A stretch of 64,000 nt of DNA from Escherichia phage UPEC03, in the sequence record MW250785, one strand, 5' to 3'. The notes beneath the pieces were generated by a model. It was not told where the DNA came from. It saw only the letters and a program-made list of their open reading frames with translations, and did not search any database. The position numbers and the translations under genes were made by a program. Positions 39,363-49,329 of this stretch are shown here, piece after piece (position 1 is the first letter of the stretch; the number at the start of each line of letters is the position of its first letter).

Positions 39363-39393
39363 TCAGTATTGAATAAGATAAAGGAAAACGATA

Positions 39394-42300
39394 ATGGTAG
39401 CTAAATCATTCCGCGCCACAAGTGGCCTTGATGCTGCTGGCGAAAAAGTTATCAACGTTGGTAAAGCATCACGCTCTGTGTTGAGCGACGGCGTGAACGT
39501 TGACTTTTTTAACGAATTTAACACGATCCAACAATACGATTCTACCCGTGGTTATGCTGCGTTTATGGCTATCATGTACGCGCGTCGTATTTGGTACGCT
39601 CGCGCAGATATTCCATCACCAGCGGGTGCTTTCGATGAAACAAAATGGATCTCAACCCGTAACGATCCAAAATGGGTATATAACAACGTAACGAGCAATG
39701 ACGGTCTCCCTGTTGAATCCGGTACGTACTTAATGGCTGACGGTCGTTTCTCTGAATTGACCTATATTCTGCCAGATGCCCCTGTTGAGGGTGATATTAT
39801 CACTATTAAAGATGGTGGCGGTCTTGCAGGGATCAACAACCTGTTAGTGCGTTCAAACACTCGTCAGATCCGTTTACGTGATATTCAGTCAAGCTCTTAT
39901 CGACTGACTCACCCATATATGACCGTTGCGTTTATTTTTAACGGCAACTTATGGCGTGTTGCTGAAATGCGTGATAACCGTGATTCGCAGTTTGTTAATG
40001 CGACTGGTTTAACCGCTTTCCAAATGCAAGCGGGTATGGTAACATTCCGTAACAGTGGAACGGGTAAAATTACGTTGCAGTTGCCTCGCTACGCAAACGA
40101 TGGTGACTCAATCACAACTTACGATCTGGATCGCCTTGCTTCGGTGAACGTTGCGACTCTGCAAGTTTATCCTGGTAGCGGACACACGATCAGTTATGAC
40201 GGTATCAATAACGTACCCTCTGTGACTTCACAGCGTTCCGGTTATGGTATTTTCATGTTCGATCAGGCTAATAACCGTTGGGTTGTTTATGACGGTGATC
40301 AGCGCGTTCGTCTGCGTCGTATCAGTGATGACCTGAACATGTTGCCGAACGATTACGTGTTCATTACTCCTGTTGCTGGTAGTCCTCCAACTGTGCGTAA
40401 CGTTACGCTGACTCTTCCGCAAGATGTTGCCGAAGGTGATCGCGTGTATATCAGTATGTACATGATGGGGAAAACGCAGAACTGCACGATCAAAGTTAAA
40501 GATGGTTCCGGTGAAAAGATCCGCACCAACAAAAACATGATGCAGTTCCCACAGCGTAAGGATTATCCGCCTAATGATTGGTTCAGTGTTGACACTCTGA
40601 CTTTCAATGCCGATACTGACTATCTTCCATACATGGAATTGTCGTATCTGAAAGCTACGAAAGAATGGGTAGTTGCACAGTATCGCCCGATCATTGAACG
40701 TGTCGATCCAACAAACCGTTCTCGTCTGGGTGTGATTGCGCTGGCTACACAGGCAGAAGTAAACAAGAACCATGAAGATACGCCGTCTGATGAACTGGCA
40801 GTAACCCCGCGTACACTGGCGAATAAAACCGCTACTGAAACGCGTCGTGGTATCGCTCGCCTGGCAACAACTGCGGAAGTTAACCAGAACACGACAGCAA
40901 CCTTCCTTGATGACGTGATCGTGACGCCTAAAAAGCTGAACGAACGATCAGCAACAGAAGATCGTCGTGGGGTGCTGGAAATCGCAACTCAGGCAGAAAC
41001 AAACGCTGGTACTGATGACACTACCGCAATCACGCCTAAGAAGCTCGACACACGCCGCGCGACCGAAACCCTAGCAGGTATCGGAAAACTCGTTACAACG
41101 GGCGCTACGACAGCGGAGGGGGCTTTACGTGGGGATGCTGGTACTAACGTCTACAACTTCAATAACGGTGTTGATCTGATCACTCCGAAATCATTGAACG
41201 AGAAGACGGCGACCGAAAAGTCAAAAGGTCTGGTTGTTCTGGCGACTGAAAACGAAGTGGTAACTGGTGCTGCTGCGGGATCTGCTTCAATGCCGATCGT
41301 AGTAACTCCTGAAATGCTGCATCGTAAAACGTCTACTGAAACGCGTATCGGATTGATTGAGATCGCAACCCAGACAGAAACAAACACGGGAACTGACGAT
41401 CTCCGTGCTGTAACGCCTAAGAAGCTGAACGATCGTAAAGCGACTGAATCACTTGATGGTATTATTGCCCTCGCTACCACTGCGGAAGTTGCAGCAGGTA
41501 CGGTAACGAATAAGGCGGTTGTTCCGGTTAAGCTGAAAGAGTTCTTCGACGTTACAAGTCATGTTGCGGTTGCTACCGATGACGGTTTAACTCAGTCCGG
41601 CACTATCTGGACAACGATTAACCTGGGGATTGCGTCTGCTACTGAAACACAGCGCGGTACTTTACGTGTTGCGACTCAGGGTGAAACTGATGCGGGTCTT
41701 CTGGATACCGTGTTCATTACGCCTAAGAAACTGCAAGCGAAGAAAGCGACGGATACCGCCGAAGGTATTATTCGTTGTGCGACTAACGCGGAAGCGGGTG
41801 CGGGTACTGCTACTAACCTGGCAATTACTCCGGCTACCATGCAGTTCTTGAACGGTACTGATCCGGCGTGGGGTGCGACGACAACTCGACGCGGTGCGGT
41901 GTTTATCACTACCCAATCAAACACTTTCATCGGTGATAATCTGGTTGGTTCTACTCAGGCCGTTGACGATTATCTCGAAGATTTCTATGCTGTATCGCCT
42001 CGCGGTCTGAACTTTGCTCTGCAAAACTTCTTACCGAAAATGGCAACGGCACAGAATAGTTTGAGTCTGGGCGGTGTGGTTGCTGCAAGCTGGATGCGTC
42101 GTGATGCAAACCAGACGGTAACTGGAAATAACACGTTTAACGGTACAAGCAACTTCGTTGGTAACGTAACCACTAACGGAACACTGACGGCTAACGCTGC
42201 GGTAACGGTTAACAACACCGTAACCACGAACAATAACATTAACCAGTCTGCGAAAGCAAACACTGTTTATGCAAATACTGTTCTGAGTGGTGAGGCTGCG

Positions 42301-43053
42301 GGAACCAAAAACTTGCTTCGTACCTTCCGTGGTGGTGTGGCGGATACGATCTGGCATGAAACTGTTCAGGCAAGCACGTATCGCCTGGCGACGGGTACAA
42401 CGGATCTGGTTGACGTTCTGACAGTAGGTGATGTCGGTAACGGCACAATGGCGTATTCCGGTACGAACATTCGTCTGAATGGTAAAGCTCTGGCTAACAT
42501 CAACACGGCGGGTGATTTGTTTGTTGCAAGTACAGCAACGCCTACGGTACAATTACGAACCGCTGCAACTAATGGTTGGAACGGTGTAACAATCAGTAAT
42601 GACGGCGGCACAACCACTGCAACCGTGATCAACACCCGAAACTTTACCCAGCATCTTGACAGTACCTATGTCAACGTAGCGGGTGATACTATGACTGGTG
42701 CGCTGTCAGTTAGCGTAAACGGTACGGGTGGACGCTTTACCAGTGTGAGCGGTACGGCACATGTTCAGGCGGGTGATTTCTCTGGGAACGTCCAGAAAAT
42801 GCGCTTAACTGGCATTGACGATAAGGTATTGACTGAGTTCAACATCAATATCACCGATTACAACAAAGCGATGATCAACGGAAACCTGATCTATCATGCA
42901 GGTCGTAAACCGACTCCGGCAGAAATCGGGGCGGTGGCGGTAGCGGGTTCAACCGTCGATACTCTGGTTGTACGTAACTATATCAAAATCGGTAACGTGA
43001 AAATCTTCGCAAACCCAGCAACTAAGACTTGTGAATTTGTGTGGGAGGAATAA
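39394..43053 (+). CDS. 34: Long tail fiber proximal subunit gp34
   Basis: 1219 aa; repeated …ATETRRGIARLATTAEVNQNTT…RRGVLEIATQAETNAGTDDTTAITPKKL… blocks and C-terminal IGAVA…NYIKIGNVKI…FVWEE match T4 gp34; TATAAATA upstream. Confidence 0.93.
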   Translation: MVAKSFRATSGLDAAGEKVINVGKASRSVLSDGVNVDFFNEFNTIQQYDSTRGYAAFMAIMYARRIWYARADIPSPAGAFDETKWISTRNDPKWVYNNVTSNDGLPVESGTYLMADGRFSELTYILPDAPVEGDIITIKDGGGLAGINNLLVRSNTRQIRLRDIQSSSYRLTHPYMTVAFIFNGNLWRVAEMRDNRDSQFVNATGLTAFQMQAGMVTFRNSGTGKITLQLPRYANDGDSITTYDLDRLASVNVATLQVYPGSGHTISYDGINNVPSVTSQRSGYGIFMFDQANNRWVVYDGDQRVRLRRISDDLNMLPNDYVFITPVAGSPPTVRNVTLTLPQDVAEGDRVYISMYMMGKTQNCTIKVKDGSGEKIRTNKNMMQFPQRKDYPPNDWFSVDTLTFNADTDYLPYMELSYLKATKEWVVAQYRPIIERVDPTNRSRLGVIALATQAEVNKNHEDTPSDELAVTPRTLANKTATETRRGIARLATTAEVNQNTTATFLDDVIVTPKKLNERSATEDRRGVLEIATQAETNAGTDDTTAITPKKLDTRRATETLAGIGKLVTTGATTAEGALRGDAGTNVYNFNNGVDLITPKSLNEKTATEKSKGLVVLATENEVVTGAAAGSASMPIVVTPEMLHRKTSTETRIGLIEIATQTETNTGTDDLRAVTPKKLNDRKATESLDGIIALATTAEVAAGTVTNKAVVPVKLKEFFDVTSHVAVATDDGLTQSGTIWTTINLGIASATETQRGTLRVATQGETDAGLLDTVFITPKKLQAKKATDTAEGIIRCATNAEAGAGTATNLAITPATMQFLNGTDPAWGATTTRRGAVFITTQSNTFIGDNLVGSTQAVDDYLEDFYAVSPRGLNFALQNFLPKMATAQNSLSLGGVVAASWMRRDANQTVTGNNTFNGTSNFVGNVTTNGTLTANAAVTVNNTVTTNNNINQSAKANTVYANTVLSGEAAGTKNLLRTFRGGVADTIWHETVQASTYRLATGTTDLVDVLTVGDVGNGTMAYSGTNIRLNGKALANINTAGDLFVASTATPTVQLRTAATNGWNGVTISNDGGTTTATVINTRNFTQHLDSTYVNVAGDTMTGALSVSVNGTGGRFTSVSGTAHVQAGDFSGNVQKMRLTGIDDKVLTEFNINITDYNKAMINGNLIYHAGRKPTPAEIGAVAVAGSTVDTLVVRNYIKIGNVKIFANPATKTCEFVWEE

Positions 43054-43058
43054 TTTAA

Positions 43059-44654
43059 ATGGCGAATAACGAATTTATGGCGTTATTCGGCCCTGATAGT
43101 TTCACGGCGAGTGTGTTTTCAGAAGCAAACGCCGTGAAATATCGCCTTGTTGTCCGTGGAACGAATAACGATTCTGCGGTCAACTCGGTTGAGGTATCTA
43201 TCAATGGGGCTGATATTATTAACCGAAACGTACAGCGCGGTCGAGGGATTAACCTTGCTGTAATTGACGGTACGAGTTTGGCTTTGCTGGATTTCAAAAC
43301 TTTTGATATGTATGGTGATCCTACTACGAATGGGACTGCGATTAGTGATTACCTATCTACACTTCCAGCAAACAGAATTGTATGTTTCTATACGTTCGAT
43401 GCTATAAAATCTACCGATGCGTTTTTGAGTTATATGCGCACAATCGGATCAGTTGCATGGCCTGAAACACGATTCTTTAACACGCCGTCATCATCAACAA
43501 ACAACCCGCACCGTTCATCCTATTCAGCAATCTATTCATCCACGATGAAAAAGATCTGTATGGAAAACTTCGTAGGTGGTTCTGGTACTGGACTCAAAGA
43601 CAACACGACGAGTTTTGTTGAGGTTGTATTCGATGAATTCAGTGATATCGGGGTAACTGGTATTCCTGAAAGAATGGTTGATGATGTTCAGGTATATCAG
43701 AACAGTGGCAGTGCTTACGGCTTCCATTTATATGGGATGTGGGATATTGGTTCTACTGTTTTCTTGGGGGACATCTTTAAGTTCACTGGTGATGTTTATT
43801 GCTCGCAAGAACTTCGCAATGCTGGCGGCGAATGTTATCTCTATATGTGGACACAGAACGCCTCTGGTCAATGGATATCCTCTGCGGTACTGCGAACAAC
43901 TGGGTTAGCTCCTGATGAATGGCATTCTCTGTCAGGATATTTCACTATCCCTACGGACGCGCTAAACGTGAAGATGGGATGTATGGTATATCACTACCCG
44001 TCTACCGTGAAAGTGGGGCTTGCTCAGTGTCGCAATGTCCAGATCAGTAAAGTTCCACGAATCGAAACCGATCGCAACGGGGCGGCAATTGGTGTAAATG
44101 GTATCAGGATGCAAACGCTTTCCGAAGTTGATGATGCTGGAACCCAAAACCCGATTGATAAATTGCTTTCTCTGCCTGTTTCGCCTACTGGGGTTATTAG
44201 TGACAAGAAAATCAGTTCGCATAACTTTGCTGAACTTGATTATATTGTTTCTGATCCGGTTGAATACACTTCGACAAATACAGCGGAGTACCAGTTCAAA
44301 GAATGGACTGCTACCCAGCAAGCGGCGGTAACGAAAGCATCACTAAGCAGTTACGGATTAAAAGCTGGTGATACGATCCGTATGCAATGCCAAATGAAAC
44401 GCGATGCAAATGCGATTGCTAACAATAAAGGCGCATATATTGTAATGCAGTTCTGGGACGCGAATAATACGTATATTTCAGGGATCAACATGCGTGATGT
44501 TGGTACGATCCCGAACGTATATTCATTCTACAAAAACGAAGGGGTTATTCCTGCTGGTGCGGTTACGTTTGATTTCGGTTTATATCGTTATCCAAACAAC
44601 ACAAACATCGGTACGATATCCGCTAAAGACGTTAATTTGTCAATCGTGAGATAA
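43059..44654 (+). CDS. 35: Long tail fiber hinge connector gp35 (enlarged, GG/ILEI-like N-terminal domain)
   Basis: Position between 34 and 36; N-terminal GINLAVIDGTSLALLDFKTFDMYGD pattern resembles the FAM3/ILEI 'GG' fold reported for gp35 proteins; 531 aa vs ~372 in T4. Confidence 0.65.
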   Translation: MANNEFMALFGPDSFTASVFSEANAVKYRLVVRGTNNDSAVNSVEVSINGADIINRNVQRGRGINLAVIDGTSLALLDFKTFDMYGDPTTNGTAISDYLSTLPANRIVCFYTFDAIKSTDAFLSYMRTIGSVAWPETRFFNTPSSSTNNPHRSSYSAIYSSTMKKICMENFVGGSGTGLKDNTTSFVEVVFDEFSDIGVTGIPERMVDDVQVYQNSGSAYGFHLYGMWDIGSTVFLGDIFKFTGDVYCSQELRNAGGECYLYMWTQNASGQWISSAVLRTTGLAPDEWHSLSGYFTIPTDALNVKMGCMVYHYPSTVKVGLAQCRNVQISKVPRIETDRNGAAIGVNGIRMQTLSEVDDAGTQNPIDKLLSLPVSPTGVISDKKISSHNFAELDYIVSDPVEYTSTNTAEYQFKEWTATQQAAVTKASLSSYGLKAGDTIRMQCQMKRDANAIANNKGAYIVMQFWDANNTYISGINMRDVGTIPNVYSFYKNEGVIPAGAVTFDFGLYRYPNNTNIGTISAKDVNLSIVR

Positions 44655-44675
44655 AGGGGCGAAAGCCCCTTTTTC
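44655..44675 (+). terminator. Intrinsic terminator after gene 35
   Basis: aggggc-gaaa-gcccct + TTTT. Confidence 0.7.
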
Positions 44676-44705
44676 ATAAATACAGTCATTACAGGAGAAA
44701 TTTTT

Positions 44706-44894
44706 ATGGCTGATTTGAAATTAGGTACAACGCTGGGTGGTGCGGGTATCTGGAGTGCTTCTAACCTTCCTCTATTGCCCTCTGGTGGACAATTAACGTA
44801 TAAAGGCTGGAGAGTATACACAGAAAATGATCGTCCAACAGCGGAGGATATAGACGCACTATCGACGATTAACGGCGGTACTGTTGCGGTATAA
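44706..44894 (+). CDS. 36: Distal long tail fibre protein (gp36/37 family), N-terminal fragment truncated by frameshift
   Basis: MADLKLGTTLGG…IWSASNLPLLPSG N-terminus parallels the downstream fibre gene and T4 gp36; terminates inside a 91-bp tandem duplication. Confidence 0.7.
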   Translation: MADLKLGTTLGGAGIWSASNLPLLPSGGQLTYKGWRVYTENDRPTAEDIDALSTINGGTVAV

Positions 44895-44979
44895 AGGCTG
44901 GAGAGTATACACAGAAAATGATCGTCCAACAGCGGAGGATATAGACGCACTATCGACGATTAACGGCGGTACTGTTGCG
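44798..44979 (+). repeat. Perfect tandem duplication, 2 x 91 bp
   Basis: Bases 44798-44888 and 44889-44979 read identically (gtataaaggctggagagtataca…ggtactgttgcg); 91 is not a multiple of 3. Confidence 0.9.
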
Positions 44980-47028
44980 AAGAATACTACATTCAATCAG
45001 AATTTGGTTGTGGGTGCTTCATTAACTGCTAACTTGATTCAATCGAATAGTGTTCTTACCATCCAACGTAGCGCAAACCCTGCGGAAATGATTTTCTATC
45101 GTCCCGATATTACGGCAACCCCGTCATCTGAAGCATGGGTTTTAAACATGTATGCGAAAGATGGTTTGAATCGAGGCATGGGTTCGTTGATTATTTCTGC
45201 TCGTACTGACGGTGGAAATAAAGTATATCTGCGGGCGAATAAAGACGGTTCCCCTAATACAAGTTTAACGCTGGATTCGCAAACCCAACAGGTAACAGTT
45301 GAGCAAGGATCTTTTCGCGTAATCGGTACTACGAATCTTGGTGTGACGAACGCCGCATCAATGGCGGTTAGCGGTGCGGTAACTGCGAATACAGTAACCC
45401 CGACAAACTGGGCTAACCATGATGAACGATATATGACGGGCATTCCTCGCGGTATGTCTGGAACAAGTTTCGGTGCTGCTGTTGTAACTGAAAAGAACGA
45501 TGTTCTGTCGGTAGGCGGTAACATCACCGACGGCCCATATGGTAACACTACGTATTACGGGCAGGTTGTCAACTATCGCCGTACATTGAATAGTGGGGTT
45601 TCATTAGTTCAAACATACTTCGGGAACGAAATGTGGTTTCGTCTTGGATCAGGTTCTCCGGGTGCGTGGTCATGGAACCAGGGCGATGCTAATGGTTGGC
45701 GGCGTGTTTATGATACGGTCAGTCCACCAACTCCGGCAGAAGTGGGGGCAGTAAACAAAGCTGGTGATACAATGACTGGTGGTTTAGCGTTACTTGGGGA
45801 TTTGACCTTTCGAAATTTGGTAAATCGTCATATTCGTTTCGAATACACCAAAAACGACGGTTCTACCGCTGTTGACGCTTACATCTATAAAGATGGTGTA
45901 GATAGCTCTACTCGCCGTGCTGGACTTCGCATTAACTGTGCCACACCGAACAAAGCGAGCGGGAATACTTTAAACTCAGGTGATTTTGTATTCGGGGAGA
46001 ATGGTAACTTCACACTGCCTGGCGGTGGTATGATTATTCAGGACGGCCTTAACTCTGGTGTTTATTGTATTTCTGCATTGAGTACATTATCAACAGGAAC
46101 GAAGAATTACCTTCGTCGTTTCCGTGGTGGTTCTGGTGATGTGATTTTTCATGAAACCGTACAAAGTAATACATGGCGTATAGCGTCGGGTGGTTCTGAT
46201 TCACAAGATGAAATGGTTCTTTCTACTGCTGGTTCTGGTTGGGTTCGATATCGTGGAGAGGTTGTTTCGCAATCAGCTAACGGGTTGCGGATTGCGTATA
46301 ACAATAAAGGATTCTTTATCCGAAATGACTCAAACACCACATATTTCTTGTTGACTAATGATAATGATCCCTATGGCTCGTACAACAGTCTTCGCCCTTT
46401 GTATATCAACAATGATACTGGTTCTGTAACGTTAGGTCATGCTGTTGGAATAGGCGGAAACCTCAGCGTCAACGGTACATTTACCACAGCAAACAGCAGT
46501 TTGAGCAATGGTCAATTAGTATTAAACGGTTCAGGCGATTCGCAAGTTTATTTTTCACGAAGTGGTGCTAACCCTCGCGATATGAGAATTTTCCATTCTG
46601 GTGATGCTTCTCGCGGGAACCGTGTTGAAATTGCTGATTCTACATCATATCTGGTTTATTTTGAGCGTCATCCGTCAAGTGGCATTCAGTTGTCCATGAA
46701 CGGTAACGGTATCTTTAACGATGTGTATATTCGTTCTGATGAAAGACTGAAAAGTAATTTCAGTAAGATTGAAAATGCATTGGATAAAGTTGATTTGCTT
46801 GATGGTATGGTGTACGACAAAGCAAACCATATCGGGGGTGAAGAAACTACCCGCGAGGCTGGTTTAGTCGCACAACAACTGCAAGAAGTATTACCGGAAG
46901 CCGTTAAGAAAGGTGTTGATGGTGAACAGAACGAGATCTTAACTGTTTCGTCTTCTGCTGTTATTGCGTTGCTGGTTAACGCGATTAAAGAACTCCGTGA
47001 GGAAGTCAGGGAACTTAAATCCCGCTAA
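44884..47028 (+). CDS. 36: Distal long tail fibre protein (gp36/37 family), main body, with C-terminal intramolecular chaperone (S74-type) domain
   Basis: Re-encodes YKGWRVYTENDRPTAEDIDALSTINGGTVA from the second repeat copy; conserved NYLRRFRGGSGDVIFHETVQ block; C-terminal DVYIRSDERLKSNF…LVNAIKELREEV self-cleaving chaperone signature. Confidence 0.8.
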   Translation: MRYKGWRVYTENDRPTAEDIDALSTINGGTVAKNTTFNQNLVVGASLTANLIQSNSVLTIQRSANPAEMIFYRPDITATPSSEAWVLNMYAKDGLNRGMGSLIISARTDGGNKVYLRANKDGSPNTSLTLDSQTQQVTVEQGSFRVIGTTNLGVTNAASMAVSGAVTANTVTPTNWANHDERYMTGIPRGMSGTSFGAAVVTEKNDVLSVGGNITDGPYGNTTYYGQVVNYRRTLNSGVSLVQTYFGNEMWFRLGSGSPGAWSWNQGDANGWRRVYDTVSPPTPAEVGAVNKAGDTMTGGLALLGDLTFRNLVNRHIRFEYTKNDGSTAVDAYIYKDGVDSSTRRAGLRINCATPNKASGNTLNSGDFVFGENGNFTLPGGGMIIQDGLNSGVYCISALSTLSTGTKNYLRRFRGGSGDVIFHETVQSNTWRIASGGSDSQDEMVLSTAGSGWVRYRGEVVSQSANGLRIAYNNKGFFIRNDSNTTYFLLTNDNDPYGSYNSLRPLYINNDTGSVTLGHAVGIGGNLSVNGTFTTANSSLSNGQLVLNGSGDSQVYFSRSGANPRDMRIFHSGDASRGNRVEIADSTSYLVYFERHPSSGIQLSMNGNGIFNDVYIRSDERLKSNFSKIENALDKVDLLDGMVYDKANHIGGEETTREAGLVAQQLQEVLPEAVKKGVDGEQNEILTVSSSAVIALLVNAIKELREEVRELKSR

Positions 47029-47031
47029 TTA

Positions 47032-47056
47032 AAAGCCCTTCGGGGCTTTTTCTTTT
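47032..47056 (+). terminator. Intrinsic terminator after gene 36
   Basis: aaagccc-ttcg-gggcttt + T-run. Confidence 0.75.
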
Positions 47057-47064
47057 TATAAATA
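47057..47064 (+). promoter_or_regulatory. T4-type late promoter TATAAATA (gene 37)
   Basis: Exact TATAAATA after terminator, upstream of gene 37. Confidence 0.65.
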
Positions 47065-47090
47065 TCATAAAAGCATTTGAGGATCTAATA

Positions 47091-49304
47091 ATGGCAGATT
47101 TAAAAGCGGGTACTACCGTTGGCGGTAATACTATCTGGAGTCAGGCAAATTTACCTGTTCTTCCTTCTGGAAATACTTTAACATACAAAGGCTTTAAGGT
47201 ATATACCGAAAACGACAAACCAACAAAAGCCGAAATCGGGTTAGGCAACGTAACGAACGACGCACAGGTGAAGAAAGCTGGCGATGATATGACCGGATCT
47301 CTGAACATCACAGGGGCGAATAGTCAATTAACTGTTCCTTATCGCCTGTTGATGCAACGTGCGGTTGCTGGAGATCCATACGTCCTGTTTGTTCGTCCAG
47401 ACAACAACCCAATTACTAACGGATATCCTTCTACAACGCTTCGTGTAATGACTATCACTGCCCGTGCTGCGACAACTACTGATCCGGTTTCTGGCGCTCA
47501 ACTGGCAAACATTTTGTCAGATCAGACAGCACAGGGTAACGGGTCATTAACTCTGCAAGCGTTTGCAGCCCCGAACACATCTACGGGCGCAAGCGGTGCG
47601 CGTACAGCGGAAGTCTATTTGAACGGTAACGGACAGTTATCAATGATAGGTTCCGGTTTAACGATCGGGATGCAGACTGTTGTAAACGGTACGATTTTCG
47701 GTACACAAATGGCTATTAAAGGCGATTCGAACCGAAACCTGTTCTTCCAGGATGCTGGCGATAATGAATTGAGTTTGATTTATGCGGATACCGGAAAGAA
47801 CTTATATGTTCGTACTGGTGGCGGCGCATATGCTACTCGTTTCGCTTCTGATGGAACTTTAGTATTAGCAAATCATCTAACCGTTCCTGGTATTGCTACT
47901 TTTAACGGTCAAGCAGTGATGAATAGCCGTTTGTCTGTGTCTACTGATTTTGACTCTCAGGGAGTCAATAGTGCGGTTATTCGTGTTGACACAAGCGGCG
48001 ACGGAAACGCGGTTGGTGATGGTGTAACCCATTTAGGATATAAAGACGGCAACGGAAGATTCAACCATTATTTCCGTGGTACTGGATCGTTATTTGTTAA
48101 CACCAAACTTGGTATGAACATCAACGTACCATCTTATTATAACGATGTACCACAAACCACTCCAGCACAATATTTCTTGTCTACGGGTACGCAAGGCGCG
48201 AAAAATTATTTGCGTCAGTTCCGAGGCGGCAACGCGGATACGATCTGGCATGAAACTGTTCAGGGTGGCTTATATCGTTTAGCGTCTGGTAGCACTGATG
48301 CGCAAGAAGAATTCATGGTTTCTACTGCTGGCTATATCAGATCTCGCGTAGAAGTACAAAGTGCTTCGTGTGGTTCTGGCGGTCAGTTCCGCGCGGTTCA
48401 GGGTAACTTCGGCGTGATGCACCGAAATGATGGTGGTAACTATTACTTCCTGATTACTAACTCTGGCGATCCGTGGGGAACGTGGAACGGATTACGCCCA
48501 TTCACCATTGGTTTGACCACGGGTATTGTATCGATGTCCAGCGGTGTTAATATCTCCGGTGGTTTCAACATCAACGGTGCTGCTGAATTTAACAACGGTC
48601 TGGGTTGTGGTACTGCAAACGGATTGGGCGCAAACGCAATATCTCTGGGTGATACCGATACAGGTTTTGTTCAAGAAGGTGATGGTATTCTCAACGCCTA
48701 CGCGAACAGCCAACGAATTCAACGTTGGACAACAGGGGCTAGTGCAGTTTATAAGCAATTGCAGGTTCAAGGCGTTAACGGGCCAGCATTACTTCTGAAC
48801 AACACCGCAAGCAACCAGTCTGTATACATGCTTTTGCAATATGCAGGTACAAACGCTGGTTATCTGGGCTTTGGTGGTTCTGATAACACCATGACAATGC
48901 ACAACTACCAGTTGAATACAAACTTACAGTTGCGCGTAAGTGACATATATGTAAACCGTGCATTGTATGGTGAAAGCACAGGCAACTTTACTGATGTGTA
49001 TATTCGTTCAGATCGCCGTCTAAAATCGAACCTGGTTGAGATTAAAGATGCTCTGGTTAAAGTAGAACAGCTTACAGGCTATGTATACGATAAACAATCA
49101 AAAGATGCGGACGAAATTGTATACCATCGCGAATCTGGTCTGATTGCACAAGATGTTCAGGAAGTATTACCTGATGCAGTAAAAGAAGATAGTAACTCCG
49201 GTATGCTTACGATTTCACCTGCGGGTGTTAACGCGCTTCTGGTGAATGCAATCAACGAACTGCGCGAACGTCTGGAAGCAATTGAAAACAAATTAGGGGC
49301 TTAA
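47091..49304 (+). CDS. 37: Distal long tail fibre protein gp37 with C-terminal intramolecular chaperone domain
   Basis: 737 aa; N-terminus MADLKAGTTVGG; NYLRQFRGGNADTIWHETVQ block; T4 gp37-like GDGVTHLGYKDGNGRFNHYFRGTG; C-terminal DVYIRSDRRLKSN…LVNAINELRERL; TATAAATA upstream. Confidence 0.9.
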   Translation: MADLKAGTTVGGNTIWSQANLPVLPSGNTLTYKGFKVYTENDKPTKAEIGLGNVTNDAQVKKAGDDMTGSLNITGANSQLTVPYRLLMQRAVAGDPYVLFVRPDNNPITNGYPSTTLRVMTITARAATTTDPVSGAQLANILSDQTAQGNGSLTLQAFAAPNTSTGASGARTAEVYLNGNGQLSMIGSGLTIGMQTVVNGTIFGTQMAIKGDSNRNLFFQDAGDNELSLIYADTGKNLYVRTGGGAYATRFASDGTLVLANHLTVPGIATFNGQAVMNSRLSVSTDFDSQGVNSAVIRVDTSGDGNAVGDGVTHLGYKDGNGRFNHYFRGTGSLFVNTKLGMNINVPSYYNDVPQTTPAQYFLSTGTQGAKNYLRQFRGGNADTIWHETVQGGLYRLASGSTDAQEEFMVSTAGYIRSRVEVQSASCGSGGQFRAVQGNFGVMHRNDGGNYYFLITNSGDPWGTWNGLRPFTIGLTTGIVSMSSGVNISGGFNINGAAEFNNGLGCGTANGLGANAISLGDTDTGFVQEGDGILNAYANSQRIQRWTTGASAVYKQLQVQGVNGPALLLNNTASNQSVYMLLQYAGTNAGYLGFGGSDNTMTMHNYQLNTNLQLRVSDIYVNRALYGESTGNFTDVYIRSDRRLKSNLVEIKDALVKVEQLTGYVYDKQSKDADEIVYHRESGLIAQDVQEVLPDAVKEDSNSGMLTISPAGVNALLVNAINELRERLEAIENKLGA

Positions 49305-49329
49305 TGCCCCTCTTTAAGAGGAATATTTT

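Noticed and set aside
44884-44894. Programmed ribosomal frameshift joining the two tail-fibre ORFs
   Set aside because: The frame break coincides exactly with the junction of a perfect 91-bp tandem duplication and no slippery heptamer or pseudoknot is evident; duplication-induced frameshift is the simpler explanation, though slippage-mediated switching is kept as a hypothesis.
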